Below are positions 30,801-36,722 of a DNA stretch of 64,000 bases, one piece after another. Position 1 is the stretch's first letter, and each line of letters opens with the position of its first letter. Under the pieces are notes generated by a model that was not told the origin of the DNA, searched no databases, and saw nothing but the letters and a program-made list of their open reading frames with translations. Position numbers and translations under genes: made by a program. Origin of the DNA: a virus (taxonomy: Duplodnaviria > Caudoviricetes); the IMG/VR virus record IMGVR_UViG_3300032227_001172, positions 96,001 through 160,000 of that record; one strand, 5' to 3'.

Positions 30801-32604
30801 TACCTGCTGGATCTCTGGTGTCATTAAATTTTGCAATATATCTGTTTGTTCCTTGTATATGATCAAACGTTACGTTTTGATAACTAAAAGATCCTGTAAT
30901 ATTTGCTGCATTACGATAGTATGATCCATGTTGATCATCTAAAAGATCGCTATTAAGATTAATAACTTTATTTGTATTACTACTAATAAAAAATGGAGGC
31001 TGAGTATTCCCAGCAGGATCATCTATACGAATCTGTTTACGAAAAGTGATTGTGTCTACAAAGACTTTTTGTCCATTGATATCTTCGTCACCTTGTTTTT
31101 TGACATACAACCCATCAGCTATGCTACGCAATAATATGGTCGATGAATTACCGTCTAAATTTTGTAAAATATAAACTGACTCAGCATTTCCTCCATTAAG
31201 ATCATCTTGATTACCTCCAGCATCCGTATCTGCTCCTGAAGCAAAAACATTGGTAACTAATCTTAGTTCATCAGATGCTGGGTAATAGGCCAGTATGCCG
31301 GTTTTTGTAGAATATAAACCACCATAAATAAAACTGACACCCCTAGGAGTATCTGGTAAAATTTGACTATTATTAGTAGCTAAAATTGGTAAATTATCAT
31401 ATATATTTAATTCACCATTTAAAAATATATCACCGTCTAACGTGGTTGTTCCCGCTATTGTCTTAAATCCCGTACTCGGTACCGGAGTATAACCCAAGGA
31501 AGAAATTATATCATTTTGATCAGCATAAAAAACTCCTGATATTAATCCATTTGCTCCTACACCCACTTTAGTATAAAGACCAGGAACAACAGATGATGGC
31601 AATATATTTGGGTTTAAAAATCCAGTTAGATTAGCAGCATTGCTATAATAGTTACTATGATATCCATCTAATAAATCTGCATCTAAATTAGAGCCAGCTC
31701 CATCATTACCAGGATGAAATGGTGTATAACCTAAAATTTCTATAATATCACTTGTTGTTAGACTTGTACCACTAACTACTCTACCTTTATCATCTGTTAA
31801 GATTTTAGAATATAAACCAGGAGTCCCTGTTGTGCTTAGTTTGATCAGATCATCTTCTACTATTATGTCTGCTGAAGAGGGTATATTGATTGCGACCGTA
31901 CCGTTAGGGATCTGTAAATTGCCGCCGCCAACTAAACCAGAACCAGCTACAATATTAACAGATACGCCGCTAAATAAAAAATTACCAGTTGCTATAGGAA
32001 ACGAACGAATACGTAGTCCATCAAAATAGACCAAACGGTTTTGTGTAAAAAAGGTATTATTTGTTCCACCCTTATTAATTGGTAAAATACCATCTATTGT
32101 TAGTCCTGATACTCTGGCAATGGTATCATCAATAATAATTTCATTATTTGTTCCTACCTGTAGCCCATCTCCAAGTAGTACATCTAAAGTAACAGTATTG
32201 GTGCCATCGGTTTTATATAAACCGCTTCCGGCTAATACTCCGGTAACAGCATTTGTTCCTAATGATGCTTCATCTAAAATATCTTGAATAGAATATTGAC
32301 TTGTTGATAATTTATTACCATCATAATAAATAATATTACCACTAGTATATATATTATTATTTGTGCCACCGCTACTGATAGGCAGTATATCAAAAGTGGG
32401 AGCATTAAGACCCGGTAAACCCGAAGGTCCAATTTCTCCTCTATCTCCTTGTGGTCCTTGTTCTATACTTACTATTTTAATAGTATTAGTATTTTCATCA
32501 GAAATAATAATACGTGTTGTAACAACAGATTGATTTTCATCAATCCTTGATACTAATAAATATTTATTTGTTTGAAATTCTTCATTAACTGTAATCTGGG
32601 TCAT
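18835..32604 (-). CDS. Giant (4589 aa) fibre/adhesin-like virion protein
   Basis: Short collagen run, LPIxxGGT and LDADLLDG fibre motifs, YadA-head-like repeats, cadherin (FNYENK..NIRIKATD) and dystroglycan-type Ig (LPSWL.F...FSGSP) domains. Confidence 0.8.
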   Translation of the reverse strand: MTQITVNEEFQTNKYLLVSRIDENQSVVTTRIIISDENTNTIKIVSIEQGPQGDRGEIGPSGLPGLNAPTFDILPISSGGTNNNIYTSGNIIYYDGNKLSTSQYSIQDILDEASLGTNAVTGVLAGSGLYKTDGTNTVTLDVLLGDGLQVGTNNEIIIDDTIARVSGLTIDGILPINKGGTNNTFFTQNRLVYFDGLRIRSFPIATGNFLFSGVSVNIVAGSGLVGGGNLQIPNGTVAINIPSSADIIVEDDLIKLSTTGTPGLYSKILTDDKGRVVSGTSLTTSDIIEILGYTPFHPGNDGAGSNLDADLLDGYHSNYYSNAANLTGFLNPNILPSSVVPGLYTKVGVGANGLISGVFYADQNDIISSLGYTPVPSTGFKTIAGTTTLDGDIFLNGELNIYDNLPILATNNSQILPDTPRGVSFIYGGLYSTKTGILAYYPASDELRLVTNVFASGADTDAGGNQDDLNGGNAESVYILQNLDGNSSTILLRSIADGLYVKKQGDEDINGQKVFVDTITFRKQIRIDDPAGNTQPPFFISSNTNKVINLNSDLLDDQHGSYYRNAANITGSFSYQNVTFDHIQGTNRYIAKFNDTRDPAGKIDDSVLYQNNADNIVIDNNQNLIIGDANISEAEATVSIGSNHVVVGDNNLIVGINNAITGNNSVVFNSNSKVNANNSIALGDYGYAYTNKQIAHGVFNVNDNATNQRLEHGQYTTISMHLAGTEAGNSWVRLQPSITIPDNKTFAYNLDLLVTKAFGTGVAQYKFESGIFKNATFRDSNNITNVVNLTTQPQVSKKLEIFNNSQFKNHYHTFEHTNGQRQLQDVAVTHPPIKFNTLQTQNTEPYYLYEKTNKSLSGTYYKTNNGDLVLDLNKPIYSGNFTMNTTNRGIQIISKNHGVKVGSVVDLSFTNITGWPIPDSRYKVYSVPNEDTFFVERPYYSGYIAYSSGTTLDYAHIKLSQNSLGQVDKLLMVSGTSATINSDGYISSLSDTSILKYLRRESPILIQSGDYLFSRFVTSFSSSHISTNSPIATGTGLPQPTVILTGPVNIYAIDFSHNLFARSSKIFIDTEQDGEQFLTTSFTGIYALFQGKTPYAQNIVDIPNNSLLYTTGNYLLGSINNTNTIVDNDYSHLSSTSIINLAIPKRSSYPSGRPVQVLPLIDNSGSVFFTHQQSINGSFEIDKTLFNKYRCIYTRYKNSLGDDQIIIYHTGLEKQINLSYSPIKYELTSGYGDDDNTVFEIINHNDRYRLQSKYAFNYENKNIFNIRIKATDQLSDKFYEKNFTITVNNSNLPYGWIQIPHQTIDINDICDFNISSETFRVEENGGPLSYSANLQNNKPLPSWLLFNSSTLNFSGSPQGYDLGTYNIRATANNNSGSIYRDFYLTITDRNYQTLEYFDGNNTNITDIILNSTTIDENLPSGAIISYLGAVGGYDPYLEFITGSNTFNGLFTTNSDIVMCTPTQRVYPTTTISGTSNLLEQFSRIRVPSFLNLNTDLTALNIYKPFMMSGTPGLIDGNLYLTDGYQNYDNHIFSGMSINTSGHISLPRTFTILSHNDYAWFVGGREALLVEADVYPDTINTETGYDIVIKHSLFTPMWMATEQMETEPTGIVIQTDEPGDGEEDRLIVADAFTENILWARPYPDILMTENISDPKFIITENNKNLVSRHFGALIGNTLVSFTPRDKPETPNVDTAANLDNINNSTETNLQFSNIKYNYDSWSFRDPIDNPVFAAYGIGSGEFCRIKTENDFILDEENNNRIISTQENHHGTRIVLSTTYELLDKYNVVKDNGRLMATTFDGFIAENNEPIVHDYAIAARSGDVCILYPGNRYGEFKLIYEADIDLSDIIYSYYYNWGKLIPFTFINSKSFIRINDTFLGNTTTTNITYYDSIDDNNYPISGLKSANFIQPPSITCLPTYKSGYIGFESSHIGSGGYITGFVDIYTEPGTGTINLYFNKDINLDNRDQNSIYLRAVNSNNPSLALPEIGQYNDIDIVDSNHIKIYNSFLMPNMGVQFSSSSSRTGSFEAVLDENHGYIELPSTIINRVPVEFLNTTTTLQGINNTVNLKPKDYTFDIINISGNKIYTTDSKNYFLKETSRPDYYDQNIKGKYLTNGIAFTGSLFNNHANIYDIRYNFNRFIDQYRNINFQYNHSAKELSFSIESGMLQPFDSIVVTFPSGTPYSSDRLYALLEDTNIGSIASMIDLEPYKDSLLLETSKSLDSTATVQIIKITGLLSVSQDVIGSCIINNNLTNRLQSGLLINHNHSSIYGYEINSIVDGFTFTGIIPKNHNIISTNITGLIQDEHITHASIFGTGNSIIQSGLRILKQATPTDIGYVDYYLIDSNSTVNTVVPPQWYQTGPQIVAVPLTPLSINGIGSASSPYRNYLSVSGSTPKKYIEFLYLGHNNNTLKLEGLYNISGNHSGLQIYHTTFEEQVERYRNLVNREVPVTNTLIFTTGNSVQKFLDLTLNIKRFDKIRIEILTNSTNSTDFVNDLELSTYVISDVLVKPYLLESPISLNSTKDYYPYINPEDVSLVYTPLPSLDANNCIDCATLLPQYIVSEDPSYSSIEPHNWYILPYIRTNNLYCGDTYKKNQQVFFNGNIIRINELDTIKSFSQENDEFLITSLNGSSISSTGVVKHISKFNVTSEFNIISGISINGNLSIPPKPTGINSYRFDLVKENTIRYNSPLGISHNLFLPSRGNISVIKATSGQINVLNYNNLYYNTYGGISSYYPLDTTGKFVQPPQTGRFSISFDSSLCTSGTLCVHITGYNTPRFTGVYPGKTLFFDFNDGAPELTQQYTINDLLQINTLSINIPYNSNHIGKSGIVYIIDSVQNIKSHLNPNIDNGLIQSNGSLQGLPINPKVFDYYDYDSKTWKHTAHLRGNQPPFTGYNISLSSTPSKFYSINPNTIKIDKIQYSFGNLNNFNSLDNHLIIPDNIKEVIFKITTKDGDLSLFDIQRFSIPKIGMSGVGIYQLEFNEPGYFGWNGSGWNIGLRWNPPVEYYANRELQLYVSDLTGRDDYNFTISQRQLPNITPFYPTGYVGSGNMWKMGFDLSKIDVDSKLIANELFLELTNVPDSNHYSLYYADDRSVMYSGDTRGVQTGLYPIVLTAKDITSTPYVTLGVATGFIKVLNHISSRPDHNLQFNNLTSTYYINLIDQDNVIFDIPAELGPLPNEVINSFNLTFNTSNQYSLAISSSSYDYDTERFRVIAIPKTTGQNPVYKDTSGRFINQSVSVSLKQPIYDIFGNYIYQTYNKNAGFNIVFYKPLIFEGIPQQNILDFDIDEPWSIEFYISSGITEHDQNNRPNAKIINAPNLGTYETDIPQYSLDYQYDSILKKWKVQAVATKDSLGRFIGSTGLYPLTIFIEDEYSGNVINKDYSIRYNPITKMKNISSTVYTTPNNEFFTKVDMLDLNSNAPDKISFPAILKESSISLPNININRKYDTDLNIWTNSYISTKMTDKYDARLVVEGSTVSVECKGVGKDKIMAVGKLSTMEIESNELAGIPLKITGITSYSSDPTAAIQVSQGNAAWELQFKTIGGLAHANYPPTIILDNMPTFCTGFNPLEDTRLQCLIGPPVWNPLDQGGSWSYRFVGIPSCILLGRKEFSITAIDTDTSLLPLSPYLPDTDQVSFAFNYNQGVFIGNPPSIVDNPDYSAMTTIKPLCNTTYYTKQLDFGPGTAALCSIPTGIKSFSVSGSVPSGLSYSIYFPEEANQPVAPYSNLGSGYVRIEGYPTEFANGGQYSEQLLLTVTDARDRTVQQTVTFTDSSSSFDPDVGITVYFSTDIPTLTPKSGLKPILSSAANAWIPPALPESLVCRSILPHNKCVSSDVLFSGTEQTNSLTIYLSQPGQSDTNKLINTNDIIYIGFDQDNNGNDGTYQIYSDQKGKYINGKESLQNPGQTAPITGYARVVISDYRTIGLDNFDNFFAAGNINNNTTACLLGAGRASYDQSVPNGNNRGLLGLLVPSHQASLTGSQPFSQSDSKLSNLVLNRINNQVNIVSAVSWSDCWQTGNLYISGIVLPKITVEIVDPPPAQDYYFSFNGVRFALATKLAFGDNATQRLIPENERYGSLRYQLLDLMSNSILQQGSVGAGSSFDTNILSRASGTIYKINIIKDSDTFPTYNVNALPGAENSYIWPHKGDNLLTVPTNTTFAPILTDGFNSISVINSLTDQDPNGIVMEPLMGLAVGGYIPDDAGIGNSIPYNWSGNNAVSGAWTTEDYLPIISGIIQQPLLKNSILGRNASYTITNGSGSIVMSNTNISANDTMDLKLYTTSNGITTLIYNSFVGVSIDNIVGNNFVFPINLGPSPLNCTAHIDFKAVIENVDLVNNQLILRDNFTYSIGDSIGVDLNNFVSSELNLLEENGYVTVTTSNNNRVYLSNTNPSTGWLKHFSSGNLVSVYKNIDDNIKIMPYNISYLTEGKYAFQITGRSNTRENEDLIYKIATMENPNMPVFDTGNYPSVGILPKKHFQNYPLYINKPIKINTSTVNKTGNLLTFSIEGGKRPLRSNIVDIQLAPGINGDYGYCGFWRQTTEESTFIKDEYDSVNDRLNVKLILSPDYGFNWSTQDTIKIRIADETGVDTYMYTF

Positions 32605-33032
32605 TCACAAGTTCCACAGTCATCTTGAGTATCGAAAGTACAAGAAAAAGCATTAGTATCAGGAACGTTACGCTCAACTACACCAATACTACCTTCTAAT
32701 ATTCTAAAAACCTTTTTACCACCACCACTATATAAATCGTTTGGTTCTTGTAATTCTAAGTCATAAGACGCACTAGTGAAAGTATAAGCTGCGGTTTGTG
32801 CTGCTGGTATTCTTAATATAATCTTACCAAGTAAAGGATCGATAATAAATTCATATTGAGAATTTCTAGTATTAGATACAAATGTTTTAATATTATTATC
32901 ATTGTCTTTCCATCTAAGTCTAGCACACCAATTTGTTAAATTTATTGGTAAATTATTATCATCTTTATATTCAAAAGATATGACAAAAGCTGTACCTTTT
33001 TCTATAGTAAAACTATAATTTGCAGCTGGCAT
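32601..33032 (-). CDS. Fibre adaptor/anchor (BppU-N/LtfC-like), paralogue of 53637..54044
   Basis: Shares IExGTxF...PINLTNWCARLxWK...YDLELQxPxDLY with 53637..54044; ATGA overlap with the giant fibre gene. Confidence 0.65.
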   Translation of the reverse strand: MPAANYSFTIEKGTAFVISFEYKDDNNLPINLTNWCARLRWKDNDNNIKTFVSNTRNSQYEFIIDPLLGKIILRIPAAQTAAYTFTSASYDLELQEPNDLYSGGGKKVFRILEGSIGVVERNVPDTNAFSCTFDTQDDCGTCE

Positions 33033-33056
33033 AATATATCCTTTGTTCTACTTAAA

Positions 33057-33575
33057 TTATGAATAAAAATATCTTGATCTATCTGAATTTCCCTGGAGAT
33101 ATCTAGAGTCAAATTTATTACCAACAAATGGACTAAGTACTGCTCTAATAGCAGTAGCCTCTTTAACATCCCAATGAGAAGTTAGTTCCTCGTATGCAGC
33201 ACAAGGACCTTGCTCTATAATCAATTTTAATCCAAGTAAACTACCACCAACACTTAAACTAGCTGGTCCCAAAGACGCTCTAATGCCTTCTAAAGCTGCC
33301 CTAGTACGTAATGTACTCTGATCAAAAATACAGGCCGTTTTTAGTGACACTAAACTAATAAAAATATCATCATTAAGTAAGGTAGGATCTGGAGTTATTG
33401 CAGGATTGGCTATATCGATCGTGTATTTTTGGTCTAGATTAACATCAAATTGCACATATTTACCAGCTACCACAACAGCCTGTAATATTCTTTCGTCAGA
33501 ATATGCCTGTTTGGTTTCATCAAAATCATTAATAAGAGTACGTACAATAATAGGTATTTCTATAGACCAGCTCAT
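33057..33575 (-). CDS. Putative head-tail adaptor protein
   Basis: 172 aa with an adaptor-like N-terminus (VRTLINDFD....YSDERI); own promoter motif upstream. Confidence 0.55.
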   Translation of the reverse strand: MSWSIEIPIIVRTLINDFDETKQAYSDERILQAVVVAGKYVQFDVNLDQKYTIDIANPAITPDPTLLNDDIFISLVSLKTACIFDQSTLRTRAALEGIRASLGPASLSVGGSLLGLKLIIEQGPCAAYEELTSHWDVKEATAIRAVLSPFVGNKFDSRYLQGNSDRSRYFYS

Positions 33576-33610
33576 ATTTTGACCCTTTTATAAGGATAGA
33601 ATGTCTAGTC

Positions 33611-33621
33611 TTTAATACACC
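33611..33621 (-). promoter_or_regulatory. Candidate late promoter GGTGTATTAAA
   Basis: Recurring motif ~40 nt upstream of 33575. Confidence 0.6.
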
Positions 33622-33667
33622 TTATAGTGAAAGGGCAAGGATTTTAAATTAAGTTGCTAAAAGACGG

Positions 33668-33696
33668 TAGACGAACTACTGCAACTTCTCTATAAT
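33668..33696 (+). promoter_or_regulatory. Sigma70-like promoter TAGACG-N17-TATAAT
   Basis: Perfect -10, 17-nt spacer, then AAGGAGA RBS before the ATG at 33731. Confidence 0.65.
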
Positions 33697-33730
33697 ATCT
33701 AATGAGTAAATTCTTCAAAGGAGAGACAAG

Positions 33731-34267
33731 ATGTCGAAACTGGAACTAAAGCAAATTTGTTCAATCTATGCTACTGACAAAAACTGTCTTCATTGTTATG
33801 TGGATGAGGTTTATGAAGAATTATTTAAAGAATTCCGATACTCAGCAAATAAGGTTCTAGAAATTGGAGCTTATAATGGGGCTAGTATAATGATGTGGAA
33901 AGATTATTTTACTAAAGCTGAAATTTTTACCATTGATAATGTGGAATGCCCTCAAATATCTTGTAGAGAACGCATCCATACTATTCTTGGGGATGCCTAT
34001 AGTTATGACACCCTCAAAGAATTAACAAATGATTTAGATATCATAATTGACGATGGATCTCATAAAATTGAGGATATGAGTTTTGTGGTTGTTGAGTATG
34101 TTAAAAAACTCAAGCCAAATGGAGTATTGATTATAGAAGATATTCCAGATTTTAACTGGACCAATATTTTAAAGAATCTAATACCAGATAACTATAAAGT
34201 TGATATAAGAGATCTTAGAAGAGTTCGTGGTCGTTATGATGATATCTTGATGATAATTAGGGCTTAG
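33731..34267 (+). CDS. Class I SAM-dependent methyltransferase (sugar O-methyltransferase-like)
   Basis: VLEIG...GAS, DIIIDDGSH and LKPNGVLIIED motifs. Only plus-strand gene in the window. Confidence 0.85.
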   Translation: MSKLELKQICSIYATDKNCLHCYVDEVYEELFKEFRYSANKVLEIGAYNGASIMMWKDYFTKAEIFTIDNVECPQISCRERIHTILGDAYSYDTLKELTNDLDIIIDDGSHKIEDMSFVVVEYVKKLKPNGVLIIEDIPDFNWTNILKNLIPDNYKVDIRDLRRVRGRYDDILMIIRA

Positions 34268-34700
34268 GATACTTAGCTTTAACCGAAGCTATCTTAATTT
34301 GCATATCCAAAAAGGCTTGGGAGTCTAATCCTTTCCATACAGCATCTAGTTGGTCTCCTAGCGATGGATATTCACTCCTTCGTAAAGCATAATAGTCGGG
34401 AATAGATGGTTTAACTATTTCTTCTTTACTAATCGGAACTTCTGTTACTTGTCCTGTCATGGAATCGTCAATAGTTCTTGTCTTGGGTTCTAATTCTGTC
34501 CAAGCTAATTCTTTCTGGTCGATGTCGTTGAGGATCGATTGTTGAGCAGATTGTAGAAACTGGTCGATATTCTCTATATTAGGGGGAATAAAGATTTGCC
34601 AATTATAGATATTATCATTATGCTGAACTTCGATATAGGCCAGAGCCCTATTTTCATCTGGTAGATTTGATGCTAATCCTACTAAATTAATACTAGACAT
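34257..34700 (-). CDS. Tail-fibre-assembly-like protein
   Basis: C-terminal YYALRRSEYPSLGDQLDAVW...VKAKYPK pattern typical of fibre-associated small proteins. Confidence 0.55.
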   Translation of the reverse strand: MSSINLVGLASNLPDENRALAYIEVQHNDNIYNWQIFIPPNIENIDQFLQSAQQSILNDIDQKELAWTELEPKTRTIDDSMTGQVTEVPISKEEIVKPSIPDYYALRRSEYPSLGDQLDAVWKGLDSQAFLDMQIKIASVKAKYPKP

Positions 34701-35526
34701 TACTTTCCTCCTTATGATTGGAACCCTTGGGTAGTCTTTCGTGCCATCTCTTATCTAAGTATGAGCGATCAGCTTCTGTTAATACTCCATTTACTGGAAT
34801 ATTAGTATGATAATTAGTAAGATCAACGTCTGGATGAGCTGTATATTTTCCACTAGCTAAATCAATATGTAAACATTGGACATTTGTATCTACTAGTATT
34901 GGAGTACCTCTTTTATGAATTCTATGAATAAAGAAATTATCTTCTCCAATAAAAGGAATATCTTCTGCAACTCCATTTGCAATACAACAAAATGGTAGCT
35001 CTGGCTCTTCCTCTTTCATCTGCTTCAATATTTCTACTGGAATAAGCATAGCATCCATACCACACATATGAGCTTTTAATAGTTGTCCCGGATCAACATT
35101 AGGAACAATTATCCAGTTTTTCTCTTTAGTCATGATCATAGCATCGCCAAGTTTAATATAATAAACTCCAACAACTATACTACCAGGATTTTCTTCAGCT
35201 GTTTTATGTAAGGTCTTGAAAGCGTGGTATGGAACTACAGTATCCTCACCAATAAAAAACATATATTTAGCATTACTCTCTAATACTTGCTCAATTAAGT
35301 AGTTGCGAGCAACGTCCACTTTCTCTCCATAAATATCACAAAATCCGTGAGAGAATCCGTGAAGATCAACGTGTTCTTCTCCTAGCCCTTGACGACCATT
35401 AAATTTCTGAGCCGGTTCTTCATTCTCGCATCGTCGTGGTTGAGCTATTACTACATAAGGTGCAATATCTTTAGAGGTTTCTACAATATCTCTAAGAGTT
35501 TCGATTATTTTATCTTTACTATACAT
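34693..35526 (-). CDS. GT-A fold glycosyltransferase (GT2-like)
   Basis: VDVARN, YMFFIGEDT (non-canonical DxD), GMDAMLI, GEDNFF and LH motifs. Confidence 0.7.
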   Translation of the reverse strand: MYSKDKIIETLRDIVETSKDIAPYVVIAQPRRCENEEPAQKFNGRQGLGEEHVDLHGFSHGFCDIYGEKVDVARNYLIEQVLESNAKYMFFIGEDTVVPYHAFKTLHKTAEENPGSIVVGVYYIKLGDAMIMTKEKNWIIVPNVDPGQLLKAHMCGMDAMLIPVEILKQMKEEEPELPFCCIANGVAEDIPFIGEDNFFIHRIHKRGTPILVDTNVQCLHIDLASGKYTAHPDVDLTNYHTNIPVNGVLTEADRSYLDKRWHERLPKGSNHKEESNV

Positions 35527-35567
35527 AATCTTAAGTTTCCTAATAAAAGATTAATTCCTATAATTAT

Positions 35568-35596
35568 ATTATATAGGATGTGTTGAATTGAAGCAA
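35568..35596 (-). promoter_or_regulatory. Sigma70-like promoter TTGCTT-N17-TATAAT
   Basis: Perfect -10 and 17-nt spacer, ~40 nt upstream of 35526. Confidence 0.6.
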
Positions 35597-35597
35597 G

Positions 35598-36722
35598 TTA
35601 AAATTTATTAAAAAATGGACTTAGTGCTATATTTTTGAAATCAAAACCAGATAGTGTAGAAATTTCTTGCCCTCTGTTCGCTGAGTATGGGATGAAATTA
35701 ATATCGCCATTGGATGTTAAAACGCCACCTGAATATGCAAAACTAGTAGTATAAACTAAACTATAAGTACTAACTACTCCGCTACTGCTAATTTTTTGTC
35801 CTCTGTTGGCATTGTATGGTACAAAATGAATATCGCCATTGGGGGCTAAAACCCCGCCAGAATATAAACTACCACTAGTATAAACTAAACTATAAGTACT
35901 TACCACTCCGCTACTACTAATTTTTTGTCCTCTGTTGACACCGAATGGCACAAAATGAATATCTCCGTTGGAATCTAAAACTCCACCCAAATATGCATTA
36001 TTAGTAGTATACAATAAACTATAAGTACTAACTACTCCGCTACTACTAATTTTTTGTCCTCTGTTGGCACCGAATGGCACAAAATGAATATCTCCATTCG
36101 GACTCAAAACTCCACCTTGATATGCACCACTAGTAGTATAAACTAAACTATAAGTACTAACTACTCCGCTACTACTAATTTTTTGTCCTCTGTTTGCAGA
36201 TCTTGGCACAAAATGAATATCGCCATTGGGAGCTAAAACTCCCCCAACATATGCAACACCAACGGTATAAACTAAACTATAAGTACTAACTACTCCGCTA
36301 CTACTTATTTTTTGTCCTACACGAGCATTAAATGGAACAAAATGAATGTCCCCATTTGGAGCCAAGATTCCTCCAATATAAGCACTAGTAGTAGTGTAAA
36401 CTAAACTATAAGTACTTACCACTCCGCTACTACTTATTTTTTGACCTCTGTTTGCAAAGAATGGCACAAAATGAATATCGCCGTTGGAATCTAAAACTCC
36501 GCCTTGATATGCATCACTTCTAGTATAAACCAAACTGTAGGTACTCACAATAGCATTTGTAAAAACTTGACTACCAGTAGTTGATTCATCTAATATAATT
36601 TTTAATTTATTCCAAGCCACAAGACCAGTATCAATACTACTATTGTCGCTAGATGGAACTGTTCCATTAACAAGACTTTGAACTTCGCTAACGAATTGTG
36701 GTGAATTTAATCTTGTACTCAT
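35598..36722 (-). CDS. 7-blade beta-propeller repeat protein (paralogue 3)
   Basis: Seven 43-aa repeats YxGGVLxxNGDIHFVPxxAxxGQKISSSGVVSTYSLVYT. Confidence 0.8.
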   Translation of the reverse strand: MSTRLNSPQFVSEVQSLVNGTVPSSDNSSIDTGLVAWNKLKIILDESTTGSQVFTNAIVSTYSLVYTRSDAYQGGVLDSNGDIHFVPFFANRGQKISSSGVVSTYSLVYTTTSAYIGGILAPNGDIHFVPFNARVGQKISSSGVVSTYSLVYTVGVAYVGGVLAPNGDIHFVPRSANRGQKISSSGVVSTYSLVYTTSGAYQGGVLSPNGDIHFVPFGANRGQKISSSGVVSTYSLLYTTNNAYLGGVLDSNGDIHFVPFGVNRGQKISSSGVVSTYSLVYTSGSLYSGGVLAPNGDIHFVPYNANRGQKISSSGVVSTYSLVYTTSFAYSGGVLTSNGDINFIPYSANRGQEISTLSGFDFKNIALSPFFNKF

